64,000 nucleotides of DNA from Candidatus Latescibacterota bacterium (GCA_965217865.1 CBDCJO010000002.1:3552001-3616000), one strand, 5' to 3'; positions 29,640 to 40,799 are shown, numbered from the stretch's first letter. Notes: a model not told the origin generated them from the sequence alone. Numbers and translations: made by a program.

Positions 29640-31165
29640 CAGCCCGTTGAAGAACTACCTTTCAACGCACATAAACGGAAAAGACGCCTGGAGTGCGGGT
29701 CGGATAAATCAAGGTAAGGAGATTGAGCAGGAGACGCTGATAAGAGGTTAAAAAGGTGACCGAGGGCAGCAAACGTGATTGTAGGACGAGCAGTAGACGC
29801 TGCAAGGCCTTGGCCAGGTCCTGGAGGGCCTTCGGAGTACCTACGCCCATCACTTTGCGCATGAGCAGAGCCAGGTTGCAGCCCCCGATGTGGATCAGCA
29901 AACGCTTGAGGATATTGCCGCGGTCTCTCAAGTGCAACCTGCGCATGCCACCGGTATCATATGTGTGAGCGATGGTTCTTTCCACCCGTTCTGCACGACT
30001 TCGGCGCAAGGCCTTGCCGCGATCTCCCTTGATCCGGCGTCGATTCGCATATACCGCGGCCTGCTCATCTCGTCGGCCGTTCCACTTGCGGCGTCCCCGA
30101 TCCGGTTCTGAAATGTAACTCCGGATGCCGCCTTGCTTCAGACTGGTCAATACATCGTTGCTATGATATCCTTTGTCCGCAACCACCTCCCGTATACGCT
30201 GTCTGTGCAAACGTTTGGCAGCTTTTTCGTCCTTCGCGACCTGCTTGAGATTGAGCTGCGCCTCGAGCAGCGTCCAGGGCAACGACTCGGTATCTCCTTC
30301 ATCTGCTCCCGACAACGCCACTGCCACAATGGCATTGGTGTCCAGATCCACCGCGTGCTCCACCTTGTGCGCCATGTGCGTGCGACCGTCCTTCATCTTA
30401 GCGATCTTGGCATCCGGGTCGTGCGGGTGCTCCCAGTCCTGGTTCGATCCCTTCTTCGGTCGCTTCTTATCGATCTTGGACAAGTCCTCGCGGGTAGGCG
30501 TTTCAATGCCCGAGGCCTTGGCCAGATTCTCAAGGAATGCCTGGTAGCCTTCACCCGTGTCACGGCGTACAATGCTGCGCATCGCGGCGTTGGCCTCCAG
30601 TGTCGTAGCATCCACGCCCAACGTCTTCCCCTTCACCAGACCCGCTTTGCACAAGACCCTCAGGATCCACTTGAAAACCGCTTCGTGAACTTCCAAGGGA
30701 AGCCGATGCCGGATGCGAGACAGGCTGGAATGATCCGGGGTCTGTTCGTCAAGGGCATACCCCAAAAACCGGCGCAACGTCAGCGAGTCAGATACACGCC
30801 ATTCGATCCCACGTTCCGAATCAAGTCCCTCGAAATACCCAATCAAAAGCATCCGAAAATAAACCCCGGGCGGAATGCCCTTGCGACCCATATGAGGAGC
30901 GTAATACCGCTGGCAAAGCCCCTCGACGAACTCGTCGAAGCCGTTCGCCCCCAATACCTGATTCAGCTTCTCGTAGAACGGATGACCCGGAGATTTCACC
31001 AAAGTGTTCGATGCGATGAACAGGTTTTCCTGTCTCTGTCGTCCTCGTTTTCCCATTGCCATTTGCTCGTCCTCCCTTCTCAGTTTGAACCTGATATATC
31101 ATAGGACCAAACCACAAGGAAAGACAACAGTCATCTTGGCATAAACGCACTTTTTCAACAGGCTG
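29640..31165 (-). mobile_element. IS1182/IS5-like insertion sequence
   Basis: IRs CAGCCCGTTGAAGAA (29640) and TTTTTCAACAGGCTG (ending 31165); flanks CTAT and CTAG. Confidence 0.88.
29662..31062 (-). CDS. IS1182/IS5-like DDE transposase (DUF772-type N-terminus)
   Basis: GRKGIPPGVYFRMLLIGY, PDHSSLSR, GVDATTLEANA, HDPDA, VADKGY, RVERTIAH. Confidence 0.92.
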   Translation of the reverse strand: MAMGKRGRQRQENLFIASNTLVKSPGHPFYEKLNQVLGANGFDEFVEGLCQRYYAPHMGRKGIPPGVYFRMLLIGYFEGLDSERGIEWRVSDSLTLRRFLGYALDEQTPDHSSLSRIRHRLPLEVHEAVFKWILRVLCKAGLVKGKTLGVDATTLEANAAMRSIVRRDTGEGYQAFLENLAKASGIETPTREDLSKIDKKRPKKGSNQDWEHPHDPDAKIAKMKDGRTHMAHKVEHAVDLDTNAIVAVALSGADEGDTESLPWTLLEAQLNLKQVAKDEKAAKRLHRQRIREVVADKGYHSNDVLTSLKQGGIRSYISEPDRGRRKWNGRRDEQAAVYANRRRIKGDRGKALRRSRAERVERTIAHTYDTGGMRRLHLRDRGNILKRLLIHIGGCNLALLMRKVMGVGTPKALQDLAKALQRLLLVLQSRLLPSVTFLTSYQRLLLNLLTLIYPTRTPGVFSVYVR

Positions 31166-31471
31166 CTAGCCCCAGAAGCTTGTACGAGCATCACCTTGGC
31201 AGTTCACATTGGAAATTCAAGAAAGATATTACATATTGGGCTGGCCTGCACTTCAAAGAGAATATAAGTAACATCAAAAAGAAGTGGGTGGTCTCTGTTG
31301 TTGTCACTGGCCTTATTTGTCTGGAGTCGATTTTTGTGGTTCTTTGGATTCTCTACCATCCGAGCCCGAGTCCTTGACTAAATCTCTTGTATCTGTCTCT
31401 GGCGGTGGTGGCGATTCATTCTGTTTTTGTTCGTTGTCTTTTTCGTATGCCATTTGAGTTCTCCTTTCGAT

Positions 31472-31720
31472 TTACAGGATACCATCCGCCTTCAGTTTGG
31501 CCACAAGATATTCATGGGTATTGCTTCCCTTGACGCTATTACAGGCTCCGCAGAGCAGTTGCAGGTTTTCCGGATGGTCGGTTCCTCCTTTGACGTCGGG
31601 TACGATATGATCCACCGTGAAGTTCCTGAATTGAAACAGCGACCGGCATCCGCCGCATTTTCCTTCCTGCTTGCCGAACAGGACGTGTTTATGTGTTCGA
31701 TAGTTGGGAATCTCGCCCAT
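31472..31720 (-). CDS. HNH endonuclease domain (C-terminal part of an MTase-HNH fusion)
   Basis: CGGC...VDHIVP...GGTD...NLQLLCGACNSVKG, in frame with the upstream MTase across one TAG. Confidence 0.88.
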   Translation of the reverse strand: MGEIPNYRTHKHVLFGKQEGKCGGCRSLFQFRNFTVDHIVPDVKGGTDHPENLQLLCGACNSVKGSNTHEYLVAKLKADGIL

Positions 31721-31729
31721 GTCCGTTCG

Positions 31730-32698
31730 CTACGGAACGTCGGTCCGGACCGTAACCAGGCGGGAATGATAAAGGTCTCCCAATTCTGATTGAAGTCTTA
31801 TGTTGACAAGCTCGGAAGCTTTATGCGAGATGTCTATTCCGACCCATTGGCGGTTCATTTTGTCCGCCGACACGAGAGCTGTTGCGCATCCGCAGAATGG
31901 ATCCAGGACCATATCGTTGGTATTGCTGCTTGCCTGGATAATGCGGTCAAGCAATGCCAACGGCTTCTGCGTAGGGTAGCCGACTCTTTCTTTCGCATTG
32001 GGTCTTATGATTGGGATGTCCCACCAATCTTCAGGGAAACGCCCCCTGGCGTTGAGTTCGCACACGCCAGACGCGGGGGCTGCACCTCCCAAGCTCGTTT
32101 TTTTGTGTCCCGCTCTGCGTTTGCTGGATTCCGAATACGGAAGCCTTACGGAATCAGGGTTGAAGGTTGAGCGGGGAGTTTTTTCGTAACACAGCAGAAC
32201 GTCATGACACCTTGAAAAATGACGTTGGTTCCGGCTTGCCATTCTTTTGTAGCACCATGTAATTTCATTCTTAAAGTTTCCCGGCCCGAATACCGCGTCC
32301 ATAAGCAGCTTCAGGTAGTGGCTGGCCGTAGGGTCACAATGCAGGTATAGGCTACCCGTATTCTTCAAGAGGCGATGCATTTCAATGATTCGGACACCCA
32401 TCATGCAGAGGTAGGATTGCATCCCTTTTCCGTGAGTGATGCCAGACGCTTCCAGAACCTTATACATTGCGGGGTGTTTGTCGGCGATAATACCCATCCA
32501 GGCAACATCCAAGTCGGACAACGACCATGAATCCTTGAAGGCTGCCCCTGCCGCCTTGCTCCCCACGGGTGCGGCATAGGTGCGGTTGGAGTTGAACGGG
32601 GGGTCCAGATAAATCAGATCGACGCTCTCGGAGTTCATCCCACGCATGATGTCCAGGTTGTCTCCCGTCCACATAGTCCGGTTCTTAAAGTTGGGCAT
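31730..32698 (-). CDS. N6-adenine/N4-cytosine DNA methyltransferase (beta class)
   Basis: DLIYLDPPFN, YPTQKP, VLDPFCGCAT. Confidence 0.93.
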   Translation of the reverse strand: MPNFKNRTMWTGDNLDIMRGMNSESVDLIYLDPPFNSNRTYAAPVGSKAAGAAFKDSWSLSDLDVAWMGIIADKHPAMYKVLEASGITHGKGMQSYLCMMGVRIIEMHRLLKNTGSLYLHCDPTASHYLKLLMDAVFGPGNFKNEITWCYKRMASRNQRHFSRCHDVLLCYEKTPRSTFNPDSVRLPYSESSKRRAGHKKTSLGGAAPASGVCELNARGRFPEDWWDIPIIRPNAKERVGYPTQKPLALLDRIIQASSNTNDMVLDPFCGCATALVSADKMNRQWVGIDISHKASELVNIRLQSELGDLYHSRLVTVRTDVP

Positions 32699-32801
32699 GG
32701 CGTGAAGTTACTCACTCTGGCTTGGGAAGTCAAGCCTTAATCTGCTAATTGCGAAAGGGAAATGGGGTAAAGTAGCCCTGTTTTTTACGGGGATCATCAC
32801 C

Positions 32802-33149
32802 TTGATTCCGTGGTGGATTTTTAAAATCATATACGCCGCCGATATAAAGCCTGGATTGGCTCCGGGTGAGGGAGGCTTTTCCTGGCACGCGGATGCCCCC
32901 GCCCTCCTGTGGCGCTTCGTTATCCAAGGACCATCGCACAACATCTTTTGGATCTTTGTTTTCATTATGATCGTATTGAATTTGAAACCGTGTATGACAG
33001 ATAAAATCGGTCGCGGATTGGTCGGCATGGTTTTGATATCTTTATTTGTCCTCTTTGTTATTTTTGCGGAACCGGCCTCTACAAATTTCTGCACGATCAA
33101 ACGACTATCCATCGAAGTATGTTACAGCTTTACGGAGTTGCGACATTAA
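32802..33149 (+). pseudogene. C-terminal fragment of a membrane (GT-C-like) protein, paralogous to 33907-35245
   Basis: Both share PWWIFK...GFSWHADAP.LLW..VI.G..HNIFWIF. Confidence 0.65.
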
Positions 33150-33225
33150 CCGCGACTTACGGAATTTGGTTAAGAATCCATTTTCAAAGGAACTTCCGCA
33201 AGAGATAAAAGGGACATAATAGGAT

Positions 33226-33834
33226 TTGAGATCGATTGTGAAATTTATGAATTATTTAATCGCGCTGTCTTTTCTTATTGCCAGCACCTATTCCGGGGCA
33301 GAAGCAACTCCCAACAGGACCCTGATTAAGGGGAGGATTCCCATTCAGGGGAAAGTACTCCAATTAGGCTTACCTCAAGATGATGTTTCGTTTGAGGTCC
33401 TATGGGTTGGGGAAGACGGCAACCAGTGGGTTAAAAAATTGATTTCGAAAAGGGGAACACATCTATTTGAAATGAGAGACCATCCTGAATGGAAGGGAAT
33501 CGCAAAAGGCATCATGATCACACAATTTCAGGGGATCGCTGTTGCGTTGAAGGAACCTTCGCTTAGAGACGAATTTGCGATTTTCCTAACCCCAGAAAGA
33601 TTATATGTCAGCACGGTCAATATTTTGAGAGGATACACTTTCATGGGCTGGGCCTGGCAAACCTGCTTGCTGTTCTCCTTATTGGTTTTTATGGCTATCG
33701 TGTATTTCTTCAAAAGAAATTTATCCGTAGCACTTTTATTAGGATTTGTCATTACCCTGGTCGGGGTGGATCTGCGATCCGCATATGACCACTATTCCAT
33801 TCTAAAAAACATTGAAGATGATGGATTCCAATGA
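33226..33834 (+). CDS. Hypothetical membrane protein
   Basis: Signal-like N-terminus and two C-terminal TM segments. Confidence 0.55.
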   Translation: MRSIVKFMNYLIALSFLIASTYSGAEATPNRTLIKGRIPIQGKVLQLGLPQDDVSFEVLWVGEDGNQWVKKLISKRGTHLFEMRDHPEWKGIAKGIMITQFQGIAVALKEPSLRDEFAIFLTPERLYVSTVNILRGYTFMGWAWQTCLLFSLLVFMAIVYFFKRNLSVALLLGFVITLVGVDLRSAYDHYSILKNIEDDGFQ

Positions 33835-33906
33835 CTGGAATCTGGAGGGAGAATTCTTGGTGACCATTGAAGATGGAGGCTTGATCATCACCAAGAGAGA
33901 CAAAAA

Positions 33907-35245
33907 ATGAATACTTTCTTTGCGATAATCGTCCATGTGATGTTGAATATATGGATAGGGTGGACCTTTTTAAGGCTCGGTTCAAAGGACAGGAATGGGG
34001 GGGAGGTGTTAACGATTTCGTTTCTGATCGGTTTCTATTTGGAAACTCTGTTCATTGGCTCAATGGGTTTCCTGGGAATACCAATCCTTACAGCCTTAAT
34101 TACGATCCTCATCATCACTTCAATAATTTTTGGACTATCGTTGTTTCTTAAGGGCATTTCGGTTCCAAGATTAACGATGGAACGATTAAAATGGTACGAT
34201 TGGTTGCTTATTCTTTCGGTTGGGGAAAAAATTGTTTTCGGATGGATGAAACTGACACGTACGCCTTTGTATTCCGATGATACGTTTACGCATTGGGCGG
34301 GACGCGGACGCGCCATATTCGGTCAATTCAACTGGTCTTTTAATCCCGAGTCAGAGGTTTTCCTCGGTCTTACGGGGAACAAAGGGTATCCTCTCGGAAT
34401 ACCGATATGGCGTGCGGTAACCGCTCACTTCAACGGAGAATGGAACGATATCATCGCACGAGCCGATGGCATGATATTCTTTATTTCGATGGTAGCCATC
34501 ATCTGGCTCGCGGTCTGGCGATTCTCCGGGGTGCGCTGGCTGGCAACCGGATCCGCATTTATCTTATCTGCACTACCGCTCCAGATATGGCACGGTGTTG
34601 CCGGTTACGGCGATATTGCCGTAGAGACATTCTTGATTGCAGGCACCGCCGCACTCTTACGGAAAGATCTGATTTTAGGCGGAATATTCGCCGCCGGTGC
34701 GGCGTGGATGAAGAACGACGGATTGTTATATCTTCCCGCCTTCCTCATCATGGCCCTGTTGACCCCTCTATCGTCGAAGCAAATCGTGGGATTTGGATGG
34801 TTTCGCAGGAGGGAATGGGGTGGATTATCGATTGTTCTACTGGGGATGATGACACTTTTGCCTTGGTGGATATTTAAGTCCGTTTATTCTCCGGATATTG
34901 TTGCTGCCGGACAGGGGTTTTCATGGCACGCAGATGCCCCCGTCCTTCTTTGGTTGGCTGTCATCAAAGGCGCCACTCATAATATTTTTTGGATCTTCCT
35001 TCCGGTTTCTATTCTGATAACCATTCGAAGGTTAGCAGATGATGCTGTCGGTCGTGGTTTGGCCGGGATGCTCTTCGCGGCTATCCTGGCCCCATCGGCT
35101 TCGTTTTCAGTTGTACCGAGGCCTATGAATTTCTTAGGAATCAGATGACGATCCATCGCAGTATGCTCCAAGTTTACGGCATATCGATCCTGGTTATGGC
35201 CTACGGGGTATGGTTGAAAATATCCCCCGTGAAAAAGACGTCGTA
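33907..35245 (+). CDS. Polytopic membrane protein, GT-C (ArnT/PMT-like) glycosyltransferase, frameshifted near the C-terminus
   Basis: Many TM helices, DD..HW loop, GYPLG, YGD, AAWMKNDG. Confidence 0.65.
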
Positions 35246-35279
35246 AGTTTTTTCGAAATACGAAGGGAGACGAATTCAG

Positions 35280-36557
35280 ATGCTTCAATCTCCGAGGACT
35301 GTTCTTATCAAAGCCGACAAGCTGGTGGACGGATGCGACGGCTCCGCACGCCCCAACCAGGCCGTATTGATAACCGAGGACAGGATCACCTCTGTCGGCC
35401 CTGAAGAGGTGATTCGGAAGCAGGCAAGGCGGGATGCAGAGGTCGTTGACCTTGGGGCCTCCTGTCTTTCCCCGGGGTTGATCGATGGCCATACGCATCT
35501 CAGCCTCGCGGGGGATGGACGCAACTATGTCGAAATGTTTTCCGAGTCAGATGAGATGATGGTCCTGACCGGTGCCTTGAATCTTCGGCGCCATCTGTCC
35601 GCAGGGGTTACCACGATCCGCGAACATGGCGCCCGCAACGTTGTGGGGTTTACCCTGAAAGAGGATTTGAAACGCGGTTATATTCCGGGTCCGCGGATGC
35701 TTGTGAGCGGCCGGCCTATCACCTGTACGGGCGGTCATTTCCACATGTGTAACGAGATTGCCGATGGAGAGGGGGAATTGCGTCGGTCGGTGAGGCGTCT
35801 TGTACACGAGGGAGCGGATTACATCAAGATTATGGCATCCGGCGGGGGAACAGAGGGAACGATCCCGGGACGTGCCACTTACACGACCGAGGAGCTGGCG
35901 GCGGTCGTTCACGAGTCCCATCACTTCGGGCGGTTAACGGCGGCGCATTGCCGGGCAAAGGCGTCTATGGTCCGGGCGGTTCAAGCTGGAATCGACCTGA
36001 TGGAACACGCGGAATTTCTGGACCCCGACGATCAGTTGCGATTCGATCCGAAGGTCGCCGAGATGATGGCGGAATCCGGCATATGGATTAGCCCAACGCT
36101 CCAGGCATGGACCCAGTATCCCCAAATCGTTCGACTTCGCGCCAAACGCGACGCAGGAACGCTAACCGGACAGGAGCAGGAGGCGTTAAAAAACCTCGAA
36201 GCCCGGGCGGAGTTACGCTTGGATGTCATGAGGCGAATGCTCGACTATGGACTCAAAGACCGGGTGGTGCCCGGTACAGACTCGGGGGTAGGGGACCTGG
36301 CTTTTGGACATCTGGACTACGATCTCAGGTTGCTCGTTCAAGCGGGGTTCACCCCCGCAGAAGCTCTGATTTCCGCAACCCGCATCTCCGCGGAGGCGAT
36401 TGGTCAGGGGAGTGAAATCGGGACTATCGAGCCCGGAAAGATAGCAGACCTCGTCGCCTTCGACGGAGATCCGACAAAAGACATCGATGCCGTCAGCCGG
36501 GTGGTCGCAGTGTTTCAATCCGGCCAGCAGATCCAGAATCGTGCAAAAGACATATAA
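35280..36557 (+). CDS. Metal-dependent amidohydrolase
   Basis: PGLIDGHTH, GADYIKIMASGG, AAHC, EH, PGTDSG, GTIEPGKIADLV. Confidence 0.92.
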   Translation: MLQSPRTVLIKADKLVDGCDGSARPNQAVLITEDRITSVGPEEVIRKQARRDAEVVDLGASCLSPGLIDGHTHLSLAGDGRNYVEMFSESDEMMVLTGALNLRRHLSAGVTTIREHGARNVVGFTLKEDLKRGYIPGPRMLVSGRPITCTGGHFHMCNEIADGEGELRRSVRRLVHEGADYIKIMASGGGTEGTIPGRATYTTEELAAVVHESHHFGRLTAAHCRAKASMVRAVQAGIDLMEHAEFLDPDDQLRFDPKVAEMMAESGIWISPTLQAWTQYPQIVRLRAKRDAGTLTGQEQEALKNLEARAELRLDVMRRMLDYGLKDRVVPGTDSGVGDLAFGHLDYDLRLLVQAGFTPAEALISATRISAEAIGQGSEIGTIEPGKIADLVAFDGDPTKDIDAVSRVVAVFQSGQQIQNRAKDI

Positions 36558-36566
36558 GGAGGCGTC

Positions 36567-37055
36567 ATGAACAGCGATATCATCGTTCTGGTCAGCTTCG
36601 GTTTGAGCATGATCACCTGGGGATTGATCGGTAAATGGTATGTCATGCCCCGGCTCAACGCCATGCCGCGGCCGGACGCACTTACTCCCCTTCTTCTCTT
36701 TCACAGCTTCCGCCATATCGGGTTGGTCTTCCTCGTCCCCGGGGTGGTGTCGCATTCCCTGACCCCTGCGTTCGCTTATCCGGCGGCTTACGGGGATTTG
36801 TTGGCGGCGATTCTGGGCCTTATCGCGATCGGGGCCCTGCGGATGGGTTGCGGCGGGGCTGTTCCGCTGGTCTGGATCTTCAACTTGGAAGGAACGGTGG
36901 ACTTGCTTTACGCGGTTTTTCAAGGCATCCGAAATCACGTGGCCGAGCAGCTGGGCGCGGCCTACTTCATTCCTGCGATCGTTGTCCCGGCGTTGTTGAT
37001 CACGCACTATATGATATTCCAATTGCTTTTGAGGAAGGCCGACGATGGACGATAG
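36567..37055 (+). CDS. Hypothetical membrane protein
   Basis: RBS GGAGG; multiple TM helices with HSFRHIG and AYGDL. Confidence 0.8.
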   Translation: MNSDIIVLVSFGLSMITWGLIGKWYVMPRLNAMPRPDALTPLLLFHSFRHIGLVFLVPGVVSHSLTPAFAYPAAYGDLLAAILGLIAIGALRMGCGGAVPLVWIFNLEGTVDLLYAVFQGIRNHVAEQLGAAYFIPAIVVPALLITHYMIFQLLLRKADDGR

Positions 37056-37231
37056 ACGATGGACGATTTAAGATTGGAGGTCGGAGGTCGGAGGTCAGGG
37101 GGGGAAATTGAAGATCCAAAATTGAAGATCGAATATTGAAGCCAGGTCAATAGACGACAAGAAAATCCTTGGTTGTTCCTAATATTCAATTTTCCGATAT
37201 TCAATGTTCAACGAAGTTTGAGAGGTCAAAA

Positions 37232-37636
37232 ATGGCAGAAAAGATCAGAAAGACGGACGAAGAGTGGCAGGCGATGCTCACGTCCGAACAATACCACGTC
37301 ACCCGGAAGCACGGAACCGAACCGGCCTTTACGGGTGAATACCACAACTTCAAAGGAGAAGGCGAATATCGGTGTGTCTGTTGTGGAAACGACTTGTTCA
37401 GCTCTGAGACAAAGTTTGACTCCGGGACGGGCTGGCCGAGCTTTTGGGAACCCATTGCGGATAGGTGCGTCCAAAAGATCACGGACAGGAGTTTCGGCAT
37501 GGCGAGGACTGAAGTCACGTGCAGCAGGTGCGATGGTCACCTTGGACACGTTTTTGACGATGGTCCGCAGCCGACGGGTCTTCGCTACTGTATCAATTCG
37601 GCGGCCTTGAATTTTGTCGAAAAAAAGGATGTGTAA
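37232..37636 (+). CDS. msrB: Peptide-methionine (R)-S-oxide reductase
   Basis: [35 protein letters not shown]. Confidence 0.97.
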   Translation: MAEKIRKTDEEWQAMLTSEQYHVTRKHGTEPAFTGEYHNFKGEGEYRCVCCGNDLFSSETKFDSGTGWPSFWEPIADRCVQKITDRSFGMARTEVTCSRCDGHLGHVFDDGPQPTGLRYCINSAALNFVEKKDV

Positions 37637-37864
37637 AGGCGAGTGGAAATATGAATCGGGTTGTTGGGCTGAGGGAATGGGTCGATCGGGCCTTCGTTTT
37701 TTGTTTGCGAATGGATATCCATGGTGTAAATTTACTCCTGAAGGCAGTCTTTGAATCATTCGGATTTCGTCCTCCTCGGACCGGCAACTTTGAAAGGTGG
37801 TAACCGTTTACGGGATCGAGCAAGGGGGCATCGCGTACGCACCTTTATGGAAGGGAATCACGCC

Positions 37865-38314
37865 ATGAATCGTATACCCGGCCTCCTGAGCTGTCTCATC
37901 CTCTCCTTGTTCATTGCGTGCGGCGGAGATAACAACCCTCTCAAACCGACCGTTGTAAACCCGGCGGACTTTATTACGACGAGCAGCGGTTTGAAGTATT
38001 TCGACGTCGTTGTGGGGACGGGTGAGTCACCTCTGGTTGGGAACCTGGTTTTAGTCCATTATAGAGCCTGGTTCGAAGATGGAACCCTTTTCGAAGATTC
38101 GAGAGATCAGGGAAGCCCCATCATCTTCGAAGTGGGTGCGGATGAGGTGATCGACGGATGGGAGGAAGGAATTCGGGGGATGAGGGAAGGGGGATTGCGG
38201 CAGCTGGTGATCCCCCCGGCTCTGGCTTACGGCGCAACGGGAACATCGGTGATTCCTGCGAATTCGACCCTGATTTTTGAAGTCAACTTGATTGGAGTCG
38301 CCGATCCGGGATGA
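37865..38314 (+). CDS. FKBP-type peptidyl-prolyl isomerase, lipoprotein
   Basis: Lipobox FIACGG, SGLKY, VHY, VIDGWEEG, IPPALAYG, IPANSTLIFEV. Confidence 0.93.
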   Translation: MNRIPGLLSCLILSLFIACGGDNNPLKPTVVNPADFITTSSGLKYFDVVVGTGESPLVGNLVLVHYRAWFEDGTLFEDSRDQGSPIIFEVGADEVIDGWEEGIRGMREGGLRQLVIPPALAYGATGTSVIPANSTLIFEVNLIGVADPG

Positions 38315-38518
38315 AATCTCCGATAGGATTCGCTGAAAGTCATACTCACGGTTCCTTATTCTCGGTCTTAGATGATTCCCTGTGCTGCAGGTCTATGCTC
38401 CTGAAAAGGGATCGGATGTCTTTTAATCCTCCGATCGCCACAACGACGGCCACCGCAGCGAAGATGAGCATTCCGATCAAAAGTTGTACCCCCCAGAATG
38501 CACTCCAGAATTCCACGT

Positions 38519-40073
38519 TCAATCCTCCTTAGTCCGTTCGGATAAACCCCCGCCGGGGAAAACGAGGGAGCCGACCACCATCAGGATCAGGGCGAGGGCT
38601 GTCGTGCCCAGACCGATTTGGGCGCCAGACAGTATATCCAGACCCACGGCCTTTTTGACAGGAACGAGGCCCAGGACGGACGTGAGCCCTGCTCCAAGCG
38701 CCAGGTATGCCCCGGTTTTGCTTGCCCGTTTCCAATAGAGGCCGGTGCAGAGCAGGGCGAATGCCCCCGTAAAGTATATCGCGCCGCTCACGAGGAGATA
38801 ATCCCAGAGGTCCTGGCCGAGTTCATACCAGAGGCCCCAGACGATAAGGAATAAACCGATGGCAAGAATAAAGACCCGGGTGAGGAGGAGTCGGTTCCGG
38901 GTGCTCATCGTATTTCCTGTCGCAGGAGCGACCACATCGTGGGTCAGGACAGATGCCCAGCAGAGCAGGTAGCTGTCGTGGGTGGACATAAAGGCAGCCA
39001 GGAGACCGGCCCCTATCAGGCCGATAACACCCGCGGGAAGGATTTGGCTGAGGAAGACGGGCATGGCCTGGAGGGTTACCATCGGATCACCAACGGGCAC
39101 TCCTTCCGGGGCGAAGAAGACGCCGCGAAGGACGTCGTTTTTAAAGAGGTAGACAAGGGCGCATATCCCGAGAAATTGAGGAACGGTAAAGCGTACGAGA
39201 AACCCGATTGAGGACCAGATATAGAGCTTTTTGACCACGGCAGGGCTTTCCGCGGCGCATGCCCTCATGACGGCGGTTTGCCATACCGCGCATCCGACGA
39301 TTCCTGCCGTAAAGATCATCCAGACCACATAAGAAGGGCCGAAATCTCCACCGTGATGAAAGGGATCGAAACCGGGATCACCGTGGATGGTCCGGACCGT
39401 TTCAACAATATTGTGCCACCCCAGTTTGTTGACCGCTATCCCACATGCCAGGATTATCCCAAATGAGAGGATAACGAACTGGATATAATCGGTGATCACA
39501 ACCGAGACCATCCCACCTAGGATCGTGTAGGACAGGACAAGCAGCAACAAGACGGTCATGACCAGAGACACGTAGGTGGGATCGTGGAGCCCGGTCAGAC
39601 CGGTGACAAAGATGGCCCCTGCCTTGAGGAACAAACCCATGTTGAGGATGCCAGCCAGGGAGAGCAACAAACCTCCGAAGATGCGCACCCCCCGGCCGAA
39701 ACGTCTTTCGTAAAATTCCGGGATCGTCATCACACCCATTTCGCGCAGGGGGACGACGATGAAACCCGTCAAACCGATTATGAGGGTGACGACCCCCGCG
39801 ATGAGACCGATATGAAAAGCAGCGAATCCGCCTGTAAACCCCTTTTGGGCCGAGTACATGACGGTTACCAGACCGAGTTCGCTACCGATCATCGTGGCTA
39901 TGCCCAGATGGGGTTTGAGGGACCGTCCGGCTACGATGTAGTCGCTCATGTTCCGGATGTACCTGTTGGCATACAAACCGATTGCGACTGTACCGGCCAA
40001 GTAAAGGGCGACAATCGTCCAGTCGAACGCTCCAAAATTAGAGATGATGTCTCTTAGAGGATCTCCCTCCACG
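38519..40073 (-). CDS. Sodium:solute symporter family protein (start approximate)
   Basis: DWTIVALYL, DYIVAGRS, TIPEFYERRF, GGMVSVVITDYIQ, AAFMST. Confidence 0.92.
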
Positions 40074-40280
40074 GGTTTCTCCAATGGGAAAGTCGTGGTT
40101 CGGAAAGGACGTAGATCGTGATTCTTGACTCGTGGATCGTCCCAACTAAGCTCGAAAAATAGGGTTCCTTCACACCGATTGTCAAGCCAATAGGTCAAGG
40201 ACCCTGACAAATCCGTCGAGGGGTCTAGGGGTTATAAAATCAAAGCCGGCTAACCAAGAAAAACCGATTTGGAGGCCAAG

Positions 40281-40799
40281 ATGAAACGGTATGTTTGGCT
40301 GATATTGATCTTCTCTGCTGTGGCCATGCCCGTTGAAGCCGACGAGGACCGCGATGATTTCGAAAGGGGTGGTTATGGGGGAGGAGGGCCCAAATTTTCC
40401 CAGGTGGACGGCGATTTGGGCATTTTTCTGGGGGGGTATGGGGGATTTCTGATCAATCCCACCTTTATGATCGGAGGCGGAGGCTACAACCTGGTCGGAA
40501 GGGATTCTGAGGTGCTTATGGGTTATGGGGGTGTGGTTCTCGAGGTCATCACACCTTCGATCATCCCGATCAACGCTTCGGCAAACGTTTTAATCGGTGG
40601 GGGGAACGTGGATTTTGTTAATGTGAGTGCCCATAACGTCTTGATCGTCGAACCCGCTATAAATCTGGAGGTTATTGTATCGAAAAGGATTCGAATCGGT
40701 CTCGGTGCAAGTTACCGTTCGGTTAGGGGAGCGGGTGGAAGGAATTCGGATCTGGAGGGTGCATCGGGAAATCTCATATTGAAATTCGGAAGATTTTGA
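40281..40799 (+). CDS. Secreted small beta-barrel-like hypothetical protein
   Basis: RBS GGAGG, signal peptide, Gly-rich amphipathic strands, C-terminal KFGRF. Confidence 0.7.
   Translation: MKRYVWLILIFSAVAMPVEADEDRDDFERGGYGGGGPKFSQVDGDLGIFLGGYGGFLINPTFMIGGGGYNLVGRDSEVLMGYGGVVLEVITPSIIPINASANVLIGGGNVDFVNVSAHNVLIVEPAINLEVIVSKRIRIGLGASYRSVRGAGGRNSDLEGASGNLILKFGRF

Noticed and set aside
30133-31104. Long antisense ORFs (also 41767-42876, 36213-37022, 57561-58424)
   Set aside because: They are shadows of well-supported genes on the other strand in GC-rich DNA, with no motifs of their own.
31730-31732. Pyrrolysine or genome-wide TAG recoding
   Set aside because: TAG ends several intact genes here (for example 2577, 22614, 37055) and no pyl genes are visible.
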